Source: Leptolyngbyaceae cyanobacterium (lineage in GTDB: Bacteria > Cyanobacteriota > Cyanobacteriia > Phormidesmidales > Phormidesmidaceae). Taken from it: a DNA stretch of 64,000 nucleotides. Both the position numbers and the translations under genes were made by a program. The stretch's first letter is position 1. Each line of letters begins with the position of its first letter. Positions 29,432-39,291 of this stretch are shown here, one piece after another. The notes beneath the pieces are model-generated. The model was not told the DNA's origin, did no database searches, and saw only the letters and a list, made by a program, of their open reading frames with translations. Location: contig CBDHHL010000032.1 of the NCBI GenBank assembly GCA_965263355.1, positions 128,001 through 192,000 on the forward strand, in the 5' to 3' direction.

Positions 29432-29834
29432 AGTTCAGCATTCTGTCAAAGGATCTATGGACAGGAAAAAAATACAGAAATACATAGCGAATTCCGTATT
29501 TCTACGGATTCCAATGGTCAGACATCTATGGGTGGTCTTCATGTCTTAAAGATCCATGACCCTGTCAAGACCTGTCCATAGATCTTTAAGACCCCTGTAG
29601 ATATTGCCGTTTGTTGCCTATGATCTGTTACCCTTGCAAGTCTTGCAGATTTTTAGAATCCTTTAAAATTTAAAATGATTCTAGTCTGAATGTGACTATG
29701 ACTAAGTAGGTAGTTTCAATTAAACCTTAAAGGGGGTCTGGATAACTGATAACGTCCTTACCAGTTGCCGTGTTAAGGAATATTCATTGACAAATGAACC
29801 AGCCTTACCGCAATTAGAGGGCTGATTTTCAACT

Positions 29835-29872
29835 AAAAACGCTGAGCTTTTGTTCCAATAAAAGCTCAGCGT
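29835..29872 (-). terminator. Intrinsic terminator (minus strand)
   Basis: 13-bp perfect stem ACGCTGAGCTTTT/AAAAGCTCAGCGT with a U-tract on the minus strand. Confidence 0.7.
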
Positions 29873-29917
29873 CTATGTTAAATAGTGTTTTATTTCGGAG
29901 GTATTAAAAGGTAATGA

Positions 29918-30064
29918 CTAAAATGCTCTGAGAACAATCATCCGCATGATCAACATTGCCATGGCAGTACAGTAAACAACACAAAGACCATTAAAGAGCC
30001 ATAGCAAACTAATCATTGAAAAGTGGAGCCATGGATTAGTGTTAATTTGAGACGCAAAATTCAT
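29918..30064 (-). CDS. Putative 48-aa hydrophobic small protein
   Basis: MNFASQINTNPWLHFSMISLLWLFNGLCVVYCTAMAMLIMRMIVLRAF*, with a terminator about 45 nt downstream; not in the ORF track. Confidence 0.45.
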   Translation of the reverse strand: MNFASQINTNPWLHFSMISLLWLFNGLCVVYCTAMAMLIMRMIVLRAF

Positions 30065-30538
30065 AGACGAATTAACTTACCATCTACCATCATTGTTGAT
30101 CTTAGTGATGCCAAAAATCTTGATCGAAAGATGCTTGAAAAGTTTAGGTTTATTTACCTTTGTTTACAACTTCTATAGGAATGATTAAATGACACAACGT
30201 TTCTAAGTCAAAACCTGTTTCAAAATAAGCTTAAACCCTAGCAAAATCTCCTTTCTTGAGAGAGTATCCAAATTCTCCAACACCTTAACCAAGTTTTTTA
30301 CAGGATGGATACTGGGGTAGTTAACCAGTGTACCAAAGGTATTGTTGTTCAGGTGTTGCGTTATCATAAGGGAAATAAGACCTTCTCTGGTGCTGATTGC
30401 AATGGTAACTTTTTTATTTTGTTTCAGCCTTACGTTTAGTTGACACCGAACCAGTGGCCACAAATTTCAGATGAACTGAAATTTGTTAAGTAACCCGAGT
30501 AATGAGAGCGTCGTACCCTCATAATGAGATAATATTTC

Positions 30539-32158
30539 ATGCAAGCTAGAAACAGCATGTCAGGTACTTTTAGGGTTGTTATTGCGATCACGATTTCCTT
30601 AGGTATCTTCTTTAGATTCTTTCACCTTGACCAAAAAGTTTATTGGTTTGACGAGGTTTACAGTACTACCCGAATGGCTGGGTACAGTATCAAAGACGTT
30701 CAACAATCGCTGTTTCAGAATCAGATTATTGCAGCTCCAAAACTACAGAAATATCAGCAGCCAAAACCTGACAGCACAATTGTAGATACTATCGATGTGC
30801 TGATTCAAGAAGATGCAAAGCATCCGCCCCTATACTACGGATTAGCGCATCTTTGGATGCGACAATTGGGTAGTTCCATTACTGCTTCAAGGGCGCTGCC
30901 AGCGTTGATCAGTCTGCTCGCTTTGCCCCTCATGTTTACGTTAGGGCTGGAATTGTTTTCATCTTGTGTAGTCGCTTATGTGGCAACGGTGTTGATAGCC
31001 CTCTCGCCGTTTGATATTTTGTTTGCGCAAACGGTGCGCCAGTATAGTTTGCTAACGGTATTGATATTGGCTAGTGGCTGGTTTTTGTTGAGGGCTATGC
31101 GCCTGCGGCGCTGGCAGAGTTGGGGATGGTATGCACTTGCCTGTGCACTGGGCTTGTATACTCATTTATTTTTTGTATTGACGCTATTGGGGCACGGGAC
31201 TTATGTGGGTGGCCGGCAAATTTCTATACTGAATAATTCAGGCTCTCCTAATCAGAAATCTAATATTCTTTTACCCTATCTAGTTTCAGTTATAGGAACC
31301 ATTGCTCTTTATGTTCCTTGGATTATTGCATTGCTAACGGGAGGTGATCGCACATTCACATCGTCAAGCTGGACCCATGAGCCTGTCGATTTTGCTTATT
31401 TACTCAAGTTTTGGATATTAAGTTTTAGCAGTTTATTTTTTGACCTGGATATGGGATTTGATCATCCCGTAACCTATGTACTGAGACTGCCTTTTATTGT
31501 TTTAGTCTTAGTTGCGTTATATCAAGTTCATATACACAGTTCTGATGTTGCTAGTGGATTTATTTGGACCTCAATTTTTGTACCTTTCCTGGCATTAGCC
31601 CTGCCGGATCTTGTTTTAGGAGGACAGCGCTCAGCGGTTACTCGATATCTCATTTGCTCATTTCCTGGTATTCAACTCGCAGTGGCTTATTTGCTAGGGA
31701 AATATCTATTACAACGCCGTATCTGGCAAGGAATTTGGGCCGTGATGCTGACGGCGAGTATTGCCTCTTGTGTCGTCAGTGCATACTCACCAACCTGGTG
31801 GAGTAAGGGTGTAAGCTACGCTAATGCTAAAACGGCAGCTGTGCTGAATAGTTTGGATGCACCTTTGCTAATTAGTGATCTCGGCCACCATTACCTTAAC
31901 CAGGGCAATCTCATTTCTCTGAGCCATCGTCTGAATGCCGATGTCCAGCTATTACTAATAGATGATGATGAGATCGCGGCGGGGCTGGTAGCCGTTCAAC
32001 TCTCCAAAAACAAAAATGTGTTGCTGTACCATCCTTCAGGTAATCTGCGCCGTCAAGCTGAAGCCAAATGGGGTGAACTGGCGCTTATAAATCCTCCAGA
32101 AGCAGGGTTGTGGGGTGTTGTTAATAACACTCGAGATCGCTACTCTCCAACAAATTGA
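30539..32158 (+). CDS. GT-C membrane glycosyltransferase (GT39/PMT-like)
   Basis: KVYWFDEVYS, HPPLYY and RQYSL motifs; many TM helices. Confidence 0.85.
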   Translation: MQARNSMSGTFRVVIAITISLGIFFRFFHLDQKVYWFDEVYSTTRMAGYSIKDVQQSLFQNQIIAAPKLQKYQQPKPDSTIVDTIDVLIQEDAKHPPLYYGLAHLWMRQLGSSITASRALPALISLLALPLMFTLGLELFSSCVVAYVATVLIALSPFDILFAQTVRQYSLLTVLILASGWFLLRAMRLRRWQSWGWYALACALGLYTHLFFVLTLLGHGTYVGGRQISILNNSGSPNQKSNILLPYLVSVIGTIALYVPWIIALLTGGDRTFTSSSWTHEPVDFAYLLKFWILSFSSLFFDLDMGFDHPVTYVLRLPFIVLVLVALYQVHIHSSDVASGFIWTSIFVPFLALALPDLVLGGQRSAVTRYLICSFPGIQLAVAYLLGKYLLQRRIWQGIWAVMLTASIASCVVSAYSPTWWSKGVSYANAKTAAVLNSLDAPLLISDLGHHYLNQGNLISLSHRLNADVQLLLIDDDEIAAGLVAVQLSKNKNVLLYHPSGNLRRQAEAKWGELALINPPEAGLWGVVNNTRDRYSPTN

Positions 32159-34188
32159 CTATCAACTTGTTCATCAACAGTCTCGTCAGTATCTAGAAAC
32201 ACTGGCTGGGCGTTGGGTTCAGTCAATTCGATTATGTCTACCTCTGGCGGTTGATTAGCGGCCTGCCAAGCCTGAATACGTGCTTGAGCTGTGGTGTGCG
32301 CTTCGGCACCAGAAGGAATTTGTTCAGCCAGACTAATGGCACGGTCCAAACTACTGTTAGATTCACTTTCCGCTAAACTCAATAGGTCCCAGCTCCAGCG
32401 ATTAATCTGCTGTGATGCATTTTCGTATTGACTACTGCTGGATGGAATTTGGTTAGCTGTAGAAATAGCCCGTGCTAAATCATTCGCAGTGCCAGAACGA
32501 GCAATACTATTAGCCTCTTGCATCAAGGTTTGATTTTGTTGCTGGTCACGCCAGACTACTAAGTCGTTTTGGGCTTCTTGATACAAGGAACGACCTGGAG
32601 AAATCCGAGAGGCGGTTGCGATCGCACCTGCCAAATCCCCTGTTGCTGCCAGCTGTCGGGACTGATCGATCAACGGTCGATCTTCAATCGCTTCAATCCG
32701 CCCTTGCCAGCCATCAATCCGCCTTGACGCTTCACCAGCCAGGGCGCGACCAGGGCCAATTCTACGGGCTTCTAAAATTGCTTTTCGCAATGCCTGGGGG
32801 GTGCCAGCTGCCGCCAGCTGCTCAGCTTGATTCAAAATTGGCCGATCTTCTGTCGTTTGAACCCGCTCTTCCCACTGATCAATTTGTTCAGATACTTCTT
32901 GCCAGCGGGGATTACTGGTACTGACCTGTCTCGCCTCACTAATCGCCAAACGCAAATCCTTCACATTGCCCTGGGACGCAATTTGGCGCGCCACATCTAA
33001 CTGAGCTAACGCCTTAATTTCAGCCCGCCACTGCGCAATCAACGTCTGGGCCCGATCATACAGGGGGCGATCACGCCCCATACTTTGCAATCGGGTAATG
33101 GCAGAATCTAACCCCAGGGCATCCCCACTCCAGGCACGACGATAGGCCTCAGTAAATACTTGAAAATCAGCAATCTCTTCATCCAAGCCTTCATTTCTAG
33201 GGATCGCCGCCAGAATTTCCTCCGCCTGGGGCAGTTGCTTACGGGCCAAAGAAGTCTCTGCCATGTCAAGCATGTCCTTAGCCAGCTCTTTTTTCATAGC
33301 AGTGGCTTCGTCAAACAGCACACTTTCAGACTTGATCGATGCCAGCAGCTTCAGTGCCTCCTTAAAGCCACTGATGGTGCGCTTACCCGCCAAGCGCTTG
33401 ATTTTGCCAAGCTTGCGACTGTCTTCTCGGGCCAGACCAATGAGCTTAGTCAGTTCGTTGTACTTGGTTTTGGACCAATAGTCATTACTGATATCCAGTA
33501 ACTGCACCGATAGTCCAAAGGCATCTTTAAAGTTGCCGTCAACTAGCATGGTTTTGGCGTCTTCAAAGATATCTGACCCTTCACCCCAAATCTTTTGCCA
33601 ACGGCGAATGCTAGTTTCTACCTCATCAGCTGCCGCCGTATTGGGGGGAATTTTTTGGGCGGTTGCGATCGCATCTTCCAATTCCCCCTGGTGGAACATA
33701 GTGTCTGCGCTTGCCAAAATTTCCCTAGACCAGTTTTCCACCTTGGCATTAATCTCAGCCCGCAGCGGATGATCGTCGGGCAGCTGTTCCACCAGGGCAA
33801 TGGCCTCTAACAAAAAGTCAACACCACCTTGGGACGCATAGGATTCAGCACACTGTAGCCGCATGGCAGCAGACGCCGTCGGCCAAAAAATGGCCCGACA
33901 GTTGGGCAAGTTGGGCATCCGAAACAAACTAGTTACCGCAAACGCCAGGGTGCCTGTCAAAATAGCCAGGGTGGTCAGCAATAAGAATTGCCAGCTTCCC
34001 ATCCACCGAAAAAGCGCCAGCCCCTTAAATCTAGTTTGTTGGGGTGCAGGCTCTGCAGCTGCTATATCCGCTGCCACCCCAGCATAGGAAGGTGACGGAT
34101 GTGAGGACACTGATTGCATCTCCTGGGATCGACTACGCGGAACAGAAACGGGCTTAGACGGTTGGCGACGATTAGTGTTGGGGCTCAT
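32140..34188 (-). CDS. Conserved cyanobacterial membrane-anchored helical-repeat protein
   Basis: One TM, PNCRAIFWPTASA..RLQCA motif, repeated EDRPIL..A..LA..G...AI..A..I.PGR units; no Walker motif seen. Confidence 0.75.
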   Translation of the reverse strand: MSPNTNRRQPSKPVSVPRSRSQEMQSVSSHPSPSYAGVAADIAAAEPAPQQTRFKGLALFRWMGSWQFLLLTTLAILTGTLAFAVTSLFRMPNLPNCRAIFWPTASAAMRLQCAESYASQGGVDFLLEAIALVEQLPDDHPLRAEINAKVENWSREILASADTMFHQGELEDAIATAQKIPPNTAAADEVETSIRRWQKIWGEGSDIFEDAKTMLVDGNFKDAFGLSVQLLDISNDYWSKTKYNELTKLIGLAREDSRKLGKIKRLAGKRTISGFKEALKLLASIKSESVLFDEATAMKKELAKDMLDMAETSLARKQLPQAEEILAAIPRNEGLDEEIADFQVFTEAYRRAWSGDALGLDSAITRLQSMGRDRPLYDRAQTLIAQWRAEIKALAQLDVARQIASQGNVKDLRLAISEARQVSTSNPRWQEVSEQIDQWEERVQTTEDRPILNQAEQLAAAGTPQALRKAILEARRIGPGRALAGEASRRIDGWQGRIEAIEDRPLIDQSRQLAATGDLAGAIATASRISPGRSLYQEAQNDLVVWRDQQQNQTLMQEANSIARSGTANDLARAISTANQIPSSSSQYENASQQINRWSWDLLSLAESESNSSLDRAISLAEQIPSGAEAHTTAQARIQAWQAANQPPEVDIIELTEPNAQPVFLDTDETVDEQVDSQFVGE

Positions 34189-34371
34189 AAAAGTATCAGC
34201 CAGAGAAAATTAGTGCTGAATATGGCGCTACTTTAGCGTACTGAATCGGAAGTTTATACCACTAATTAGGTAAAAGTCATCAGCTAAAGCGATTTAGTGT
34301 TTAAGGATATAGGCGCAAATTACCTGTATTGGCCTTTATTCATCCCAAAAGCATAGTATCAAGACGATGCC

Positions 34372-35616
34372 TCAGATATGTACAGCCCCTAAAACTAGTG
34401 CTTTGATATCACTACCCGCTCGAATCATTGTTTCCCCCAGCGGTACCATGGCTAAGCCATTAGTTCGACTGAGGTTGACTAAATTGCCAGAACTATGGCC
34501 GCCAGCCGCCAGAGTAAAGCGATAACCATCATCACCCAGGGATAACTGTCCCCACAAATAGGTCTCCCGCTTGCCCCCCGCCTTTAAATCACTCCCAGTT
34601 TTAGCCGACACAAATGTCGGTGACCAGCCACCAGCCACCCCTGACAGCTTGCGCAATGCTGGCTGTACAAACCGCCAAAAGCTTACCAGCGAAGATACTG
34701 GATTACCCGGTAACCCAAAATATAGCTGTTGCCCCCTATCCGGCTGACTGCCAACTCTGTCAAAGGTAGCCACCGTAAGGGGTTTACCCGGTTTAACCGC
34801 CACCGCCCGAATGTGGATGGTCGCCCCCAGTTCTGCCAGAATCTGATCCACATAGTCATAGTCGCCCACGGATACTCCACCCGACGAAACCACCATATCT
34901 GCCTGACTCAGGGCATTGGCAATGGCCTGGCGCGTCGCTGACCTTTGGTCTGGCACAATCCCTAAAGGGACAGGGATCGCCCCTGTCTGAGAAATCAATG
35001 CGGCTAATGCATAGCGATTAGAATCCACAATTTGTCCTGGTGCTAAGGGTTGGCTAATATCCACCAGCTCATCCCCCGTCGACAAAATTGCCACCCGAGG
35101 CCGTCGATACACGGGCACCGAGACGCATTGCGCCGCTGCCAGCACAGCGATTTCGGCGGCCCCAATTTGAATACCAGGGGCTAATAACTCTGCCCCCGCC
35201 TGATAAAAACTACCCTGCTTACGGACAAACGCCTGAGCAGAGGGTGCCTCCAATACTTTTACCTGGGTGCCCTCTCGCTCCACAGTCTCTTGAATCACGA
35301 TGGTATCTGCCCCGGTCGGCAACATACCTCCAGTAAAAATGCGAGCAGCCTCACCGGGCTGTAGGGCGTATTTTGGTACCTGCCCCGCCTGGATCTCCTC
35401 CACAACGGTCAACGTTGCAGGTACGGTGACCACGTCCTCATAGCGCACCGCATACCCATCCATAGCTGAGTTATCCCAGTGGGGAAAATCCAGCTGACTA
35501 CGGGTCGGTTGCCCCAGCACCCGTCCCAAGCTATTCTCCACAGATACTTTCTCCAGACCATCAACCGGTGTGACCAGGTCTAAAATCAGCGTTTCCGCAT
35601 CGTTTGCAGGCACCAT
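34372..35616 (-). CDS. moeA: Molybdopterin molybdotransferase MoeA
   Basis: NSAMDGYAV, STGDEL, SSGGVSVGDYD, KPGKP and GLPGNPVS motifs. Confidence 0.95.
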   Translation of the reverse strand: MVPANDAETLILDLVTPVDGLEKVSVENSLGRVLGQPTRSQLDFPHWDNSAMDGYAVRYEDVVTVPATLTVVEEIQAGQVPKYALQPGEAARIFTGGMLPTGADTIVIQETVEREGTQVKVLEAPSAQAFVRKQGSFYQAGAELLAPGIQIGAAEIAVLAAAQCVSVPVYRRPRVAILSTGDELVDISQPLAPGQIVDSNRYALAALISQTGAIPVPLGIVPDQRSATRQAIANALSQADMVVSSGGVSVGDYDYVDQILAELGATIHIRAVAVKPGKPLTVATFDRVGSQPDRGQQLYFGLPGNPVSSLVSFWRFVQPALRKLSGVAGGWSPTFVSAKTGSDLKAGGKRETYLWGQLSLGDDGYRFTLAAGGHSSGNLVNLSRTNGLAMVPLGETMIRAGSDIKALVLGAVHI

Positions 35617-35741
35617 AGGCTTGGTTAAATTTTTAGTTAGACTCCTTAGTTTAGATTTTTAAGGGCAACTCGGTATCGGCCATACTTAACCATACCAAAG
35701 GCTCCGTTTACCATATTGGGCAGTTCTTACCTCTGAAAGAT

Positions 35742-37118
35742 ATGACCCTCGCCTCCACCCTTCAAAAACGCCGTCAGCAGCTAGCCCAGCAACTCGATAC
35801 CCCAGTGCTACTTTGGTCAGGCCAGGCCACACCCCGTAATTTTCCGGCGAACACCCACCCATTTCGGCCCAGCAGTCACTTTCTCTACTTCACTGGGCTG
35901 CCTTTGGAAAATGCGGCCATTTATATAGCCGATGGCCACCTTACCTTATTTATGGATGAAGCGACACCGGCTGAGGCGCTCTGGCACGGGCCTAGCCCAA
36001 CGCGGCAAGAACTGGCGCATAAAATTGGTGCTGGTGAGGCGCTACCGCTGGCAGACTTAAAACACTTTGTTAAGCATCAAGTGGCCACGCTCAAGGTGCA
36101 GGATAGTGCTACAGCAGCTCAACAGGAGCAGCTTTTGCAGCGTTCCATTTCGATTGCCAAACAAGCTCAGGAACAGGATCTGGCGTTGCTCCAGGCGATT
36201 GTGCGGTTACGCCTATGTCACGACGAGTATGCCCTGGGTGAAATTCGTCGGGCGGCTGGGGTGTCGGTAACTGCCCATAAGGCTGGCATGGCTGCAACTG
36301 CCTGGGGGCAAAACCTGACTGAGGCCCATATTCGTGCCGCCATGGAACAGGTGATTATGGCCCATGGTATGACCTGCGCTTACAACAGTATTGTTACAGT
36401 CCATGGTGAAGTGTTGCATAACCATCATTATCACCACCCTCTAGGAGAAAACGATCTGATTTTGGCGGATGTGGGGGCGGAAACTGAAACTGGCTGGGCG
36501 TCAGATATTACGCGTACCTGGCCAGTCAGCGGTAAATTTTCATCTACGCAGCGAGACCTTTACGATGTGGTTTTGGCGGCCCATGATGCTTGCATTGAGG
36601 CGGCTAAACCAGGATTGGAATACAAGGAGCTACATCTGCTGGCCTGTCGTACCCTGGCAGCCGGTTTGGTAGACCTGGGTATCCTTATCGGTCAGCCTGA
36701 TGATTTGGTAGAACAGGATGCCCATGCGTTGTTTTTTCCCCACGGCGTTGGTCATCTGTTGGGGTTAGATGTGCACGATATGGAGGATCTGGGGGATCTG
36801 GCGGGGTATGCTCCCGGTCGCAGCCGCAGCGAGCGATTTGGTCTCGGTTTTCTGCGTTTGGATCGGCCTTTGCAGACGGGTATGGTCGTCACTATCGAGC
36901 CTGGATTCTATCAGGTGCCGGGGATTTTAAAGGATCGGGAAAACTGCGATCGCTACGCCAACCTAGTCAACTGGGAGCGTCTCACCCAGTTTGCCGACGT
37001 GCGCGGCATCCGCATCGAAGATGATGTTTTAATTACGGACCAAGGATGTGAGGTGATTACCGCTGATTTACCCACAAACGCCAACGAAATTGAACAATTA
37101 GTAACCGGAAATAAGTAG
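35742..37118 (+). CDS. pepP: Xaa-Pro aminopeptidase (M24B)
   Basis: ASDITRT, HGVGHLLGLDVHD, TIEPGFY and GIRIEDDV motifs. Confidence 0.9.
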   Translation: MTLASTLQKRRQQLAQQLDTPVLLWSGQATPRNFPANTHPFRPSSHFLYFTGLPLENAAIYIADGHLTLFMDEATPAEALWHGPSPTRQELAHKIGAGEALPLADLKHFVKHQVATLKVQDSATAAQQEQLLQRSISIAKQAQEQDLALLQAIVRLRLCHDEYALGEIRRAAGVSVTAHKAGMAATAWGQNLTEAHIRAAMEQVIMAHGMTCAYNSIVTVHGEVLHNHHYHHPLGENDLILADVGAETETGWASDITRTWPVSGKFSSTQRDLYDVVLAAHDACIEAAKPGLEYKELHLLACRTLAAGLVDLGILIGQPDDLVEQDAHALFFPHGVGHLLGLDVHDMEDLGDLAGYAPGRSRSERFGLGFLRLDRPLQTGMVVTIEPGFYQVPGILKDRENCDRYANLVNWERLTQFADVRGIRIEDDVLITDQGCEVITADLPTNANEIEQLVTGNK

Positions 37119-37351
37119 GTGAACTAATCTTTACTCACTACTTGCCGTCCTACCCAACACTCAGAGCTTGACGCAATTCTAGGAAAATTTGCTACTGGTC
37201 CACGGGGTATGTGTGAAAACATTCTTGTTGAAGCACCAATCTGCAAATTGTTCAATCCAAACTGTCTACTAGTCAGCAATTTATCGCTAGATACACCCAG
37301 ATCCTCTCCATACAATAGGAAGTATCACCCCTATGCTTGGAGAAAAAACCT

Positions 37352-37693
37352 ATGACTTTCGCTCTCCTTAACAGTGATAAAAAACTGAAAACAAACCCAA
37401 AGAAGAATCGCAATGACTACAGCTCATTAGCCCTGATCGCAGGTATATCAGTCACTTTGCTTAGTGTTTGGCTGCTAACCCAGTTGCCCGGTGTATCCTT
37501 CTGGATAAACAATATTATGGGGCAAGCCGTCTTCACCTGGCTTTGGAGGGTAGGATGCCTCCTCACTGGTCTCACTGTCGCCATTGCCCTGATCAGGGCA
37601 TTCTTTGCACATACGCGTAAAGAGTTTGGCTTGGGGCCAGCTCCGATCTTTGCCTTTTTTCTACTTGGCCTTATTCTCTCACTAATCAGCTAA
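37352..37693 (+). CDS. Hypothetical membrane protein (3 TM)
   Basis: Three hydrophobic helices; ATG 37352 used as start. Confidence 0.6.
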   Translation: MTFALLNSDKKLKTNPKKNRNDYSSLALIAGISVTLLSVWLLTQLPGVSFWINNIMGQAVFTWLWRVGCLLTGLTVAIALIRAFFAHTRKEFGLGPAPIFAFFLLGLILSLIS

Positions 37694-37716
37694 TAACGTA
37701 CCAGTTATCAACCAGT

Positions 37717-37838
37717 CTAGTCGTCTGTCAAGACTAAATTTTCGGGTAAAAACAATGGACTGAAACCAGGGCTACAGTTGACGCACTACTTACCACTCAC
37801 TGTCCTAACCCGAATTTTTAGCTTTGATATTGCCTTAG
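37717..37838. mobile_element. Probable MITE with degenerate TIRs and YTAG flanks
   Basis: CTAG-TCGTCTGTCAAGACTAAATTTTCGGGT ... ACCCGAATTTTTAGCTTTGATATTGCC-TTAG; 17/27 inverted matches by eye. Confidence 0.45.
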
Positions 37839-37857
37839 TTCGTTAGTCCTCAGTCCT

Positions 37858-39198
37858 CTATCGCATTGTTACAAACTCTTCTGCAGAGCTGGGGTGAATC
37901 CCTACCGTAGCATCAAAATCGGCCTTAGTTGCTCCCATTTTCACCGCAACGGCTACCCCTTGAATAATCTCAGCCGCTGAATCCCCCACCATATGAGCCC
38001 CCAGAACCTTGTCAGTTTGCACATGGACAATTAGCTTCATTAAGGTTTTCTCTTCTAGTTTTGGCAGAGTGTAGTACATCGGTCTAAATCGGGACCGATA
38101 CACCCGGATTGCGGCTTCTCCATATTTTTCAACGGCGTCTACTTCAGTCATGCCAACGGTAGCTACCTCCGGTGTGGTAAATACCGCCGAGGGCACATTG
38201 TCATGGCTCATGACCCGACGCTTGCCACCATAGTAGGTATCTGCAAATGCACGCCCTTCATCAATGGCAACTGGGGTGAGGTTAATGCGGTTGGTGCAGT
38301 CACCGACTGCAAATATGTTGTACTCGCCTGTCTGGCTATGGGCATCGACAACAATTGCCCCATTCTTCACTTCAACCCGAGTATTTTCTAATCCTAGATT
38401 CTCTAAACGAGGGCTCCGACCAAGGGCAGACAAACCCACTACATCAGTCAGCATCAGGTTGTTATTTTTTAAGTTAACCTGCAACCCTTTATCTGTTTTT
38501 TCGAGACTGACTAGCTCATCGGTCAAAATGCGAATACCATGGCGCTGCATGGCATCATGCACCTCAGTACGAATATCTTCATCAAAGCCCCGCAAAATCT
38601 TGTCGCGACGAATGATCTGAGTGACTTCTGTACCCAGGGCATTGAGCACACAGGCAAACTCACAGCCGATATAGCCACCACCAAAGATAACCATCCGCTT
38701 TGGCTGCTGGGTTAAATGAAAAATCTCATCGGAGGTAATGGCGAGTTCAATACCTGGAATATCAGGCCTACTGGGCCTGCCACCCACAGCAATTAAAATT
38801 TTCTCCGCCGTAACTGTTTGCCCTACCACCTCAATGGTATGGGCATCGACAAGCCGCGCATGGCCCTTGTAGAGGGTAACCTCAGCATTATCGATCATCC
38901 GCTGGTAAATTCCATTTAGCCGAGTCACTTCATCATTGACCGCCTTAATCATTTGAGACCAGTCAAATTTGCCGGGGTCAAAGGTCCAACCATACCCCGC
39001 AGCCTCCTGTACATGGCTGGCAAAGTGAGAGGCGTAAACCATAAGTTTTTTAGGCACACAGCCTCGATTGACACAGGTCCCGCCTAAGCGATCAAATTCG
39101 GCGACTGCGACCTTGGCCCCATACTGGGCAGCCCGTCTTGCAGTCGCGATGCCACCCGAGCCAGCACCAATTGCAAACAGGTCAAAATCATAGGTCAT
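37858..39198 (-). CDS. gor: Glutathione-disulfide reductase
   Basis: GAGSGG FAD motif, redox-active GGTCVNRGCVPKK, GGGYIG, C-terminal HPSSAEEFVTMR. Confidence 0.95.
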   Translation of the reverse strand: MTYDFDLFAIGAGSGGIATARRAAQYGAKVAVAEFDRLGGTCVNRGCVPKKLMVYASHFASHVQEAAGYGWTFDPGKFDWSQMIKAVNDEVTRLNGIYQRMIDNAEVTLYKGHARLVDAHTIEVVGQTVTAEKILIAVGGRPSRPDIPGIELAITSDEIFHLTQQPKRMVIFGGGYIGCEFACVLNALGTEVTQIIRRDKILRGFDEDIRTEVHDAMQRHGIRILTDELVSLEKTDKGLQVNLKNNNLMLTDVVGLSALGRSPRLENLGLENTRVEVKNGAIVVDAHSQTGEYNIFAVGDCTNRINLTPVAIDEGRAFADTYYGGKRRVMSHDNVPSAVFTTPEVATVGMTEVDAVEKYGEAAIRVYRSRFRPMYYTLPKLEEKTLMKLIVHVQTDKVLGAHMVGDSAAEIIQGVAVAVKMGATKADFDATVGIHPSSAEEFVTMR

Positions 39199-39291
39199 GC
39201 TAACTCTCTATCTCCTCCAACAGCCATGCCATGCAATAGCTAATCCATCCTATCGTTTGTAACTCATATCGTTTGTAACTAATGGGCTTGA

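Noticed and set aside
30203..30463. 86-aa minus-strand ORF
   Set aside because: No recognisable motif or RBS; it lies in the promoter region of the GT39-like gene.
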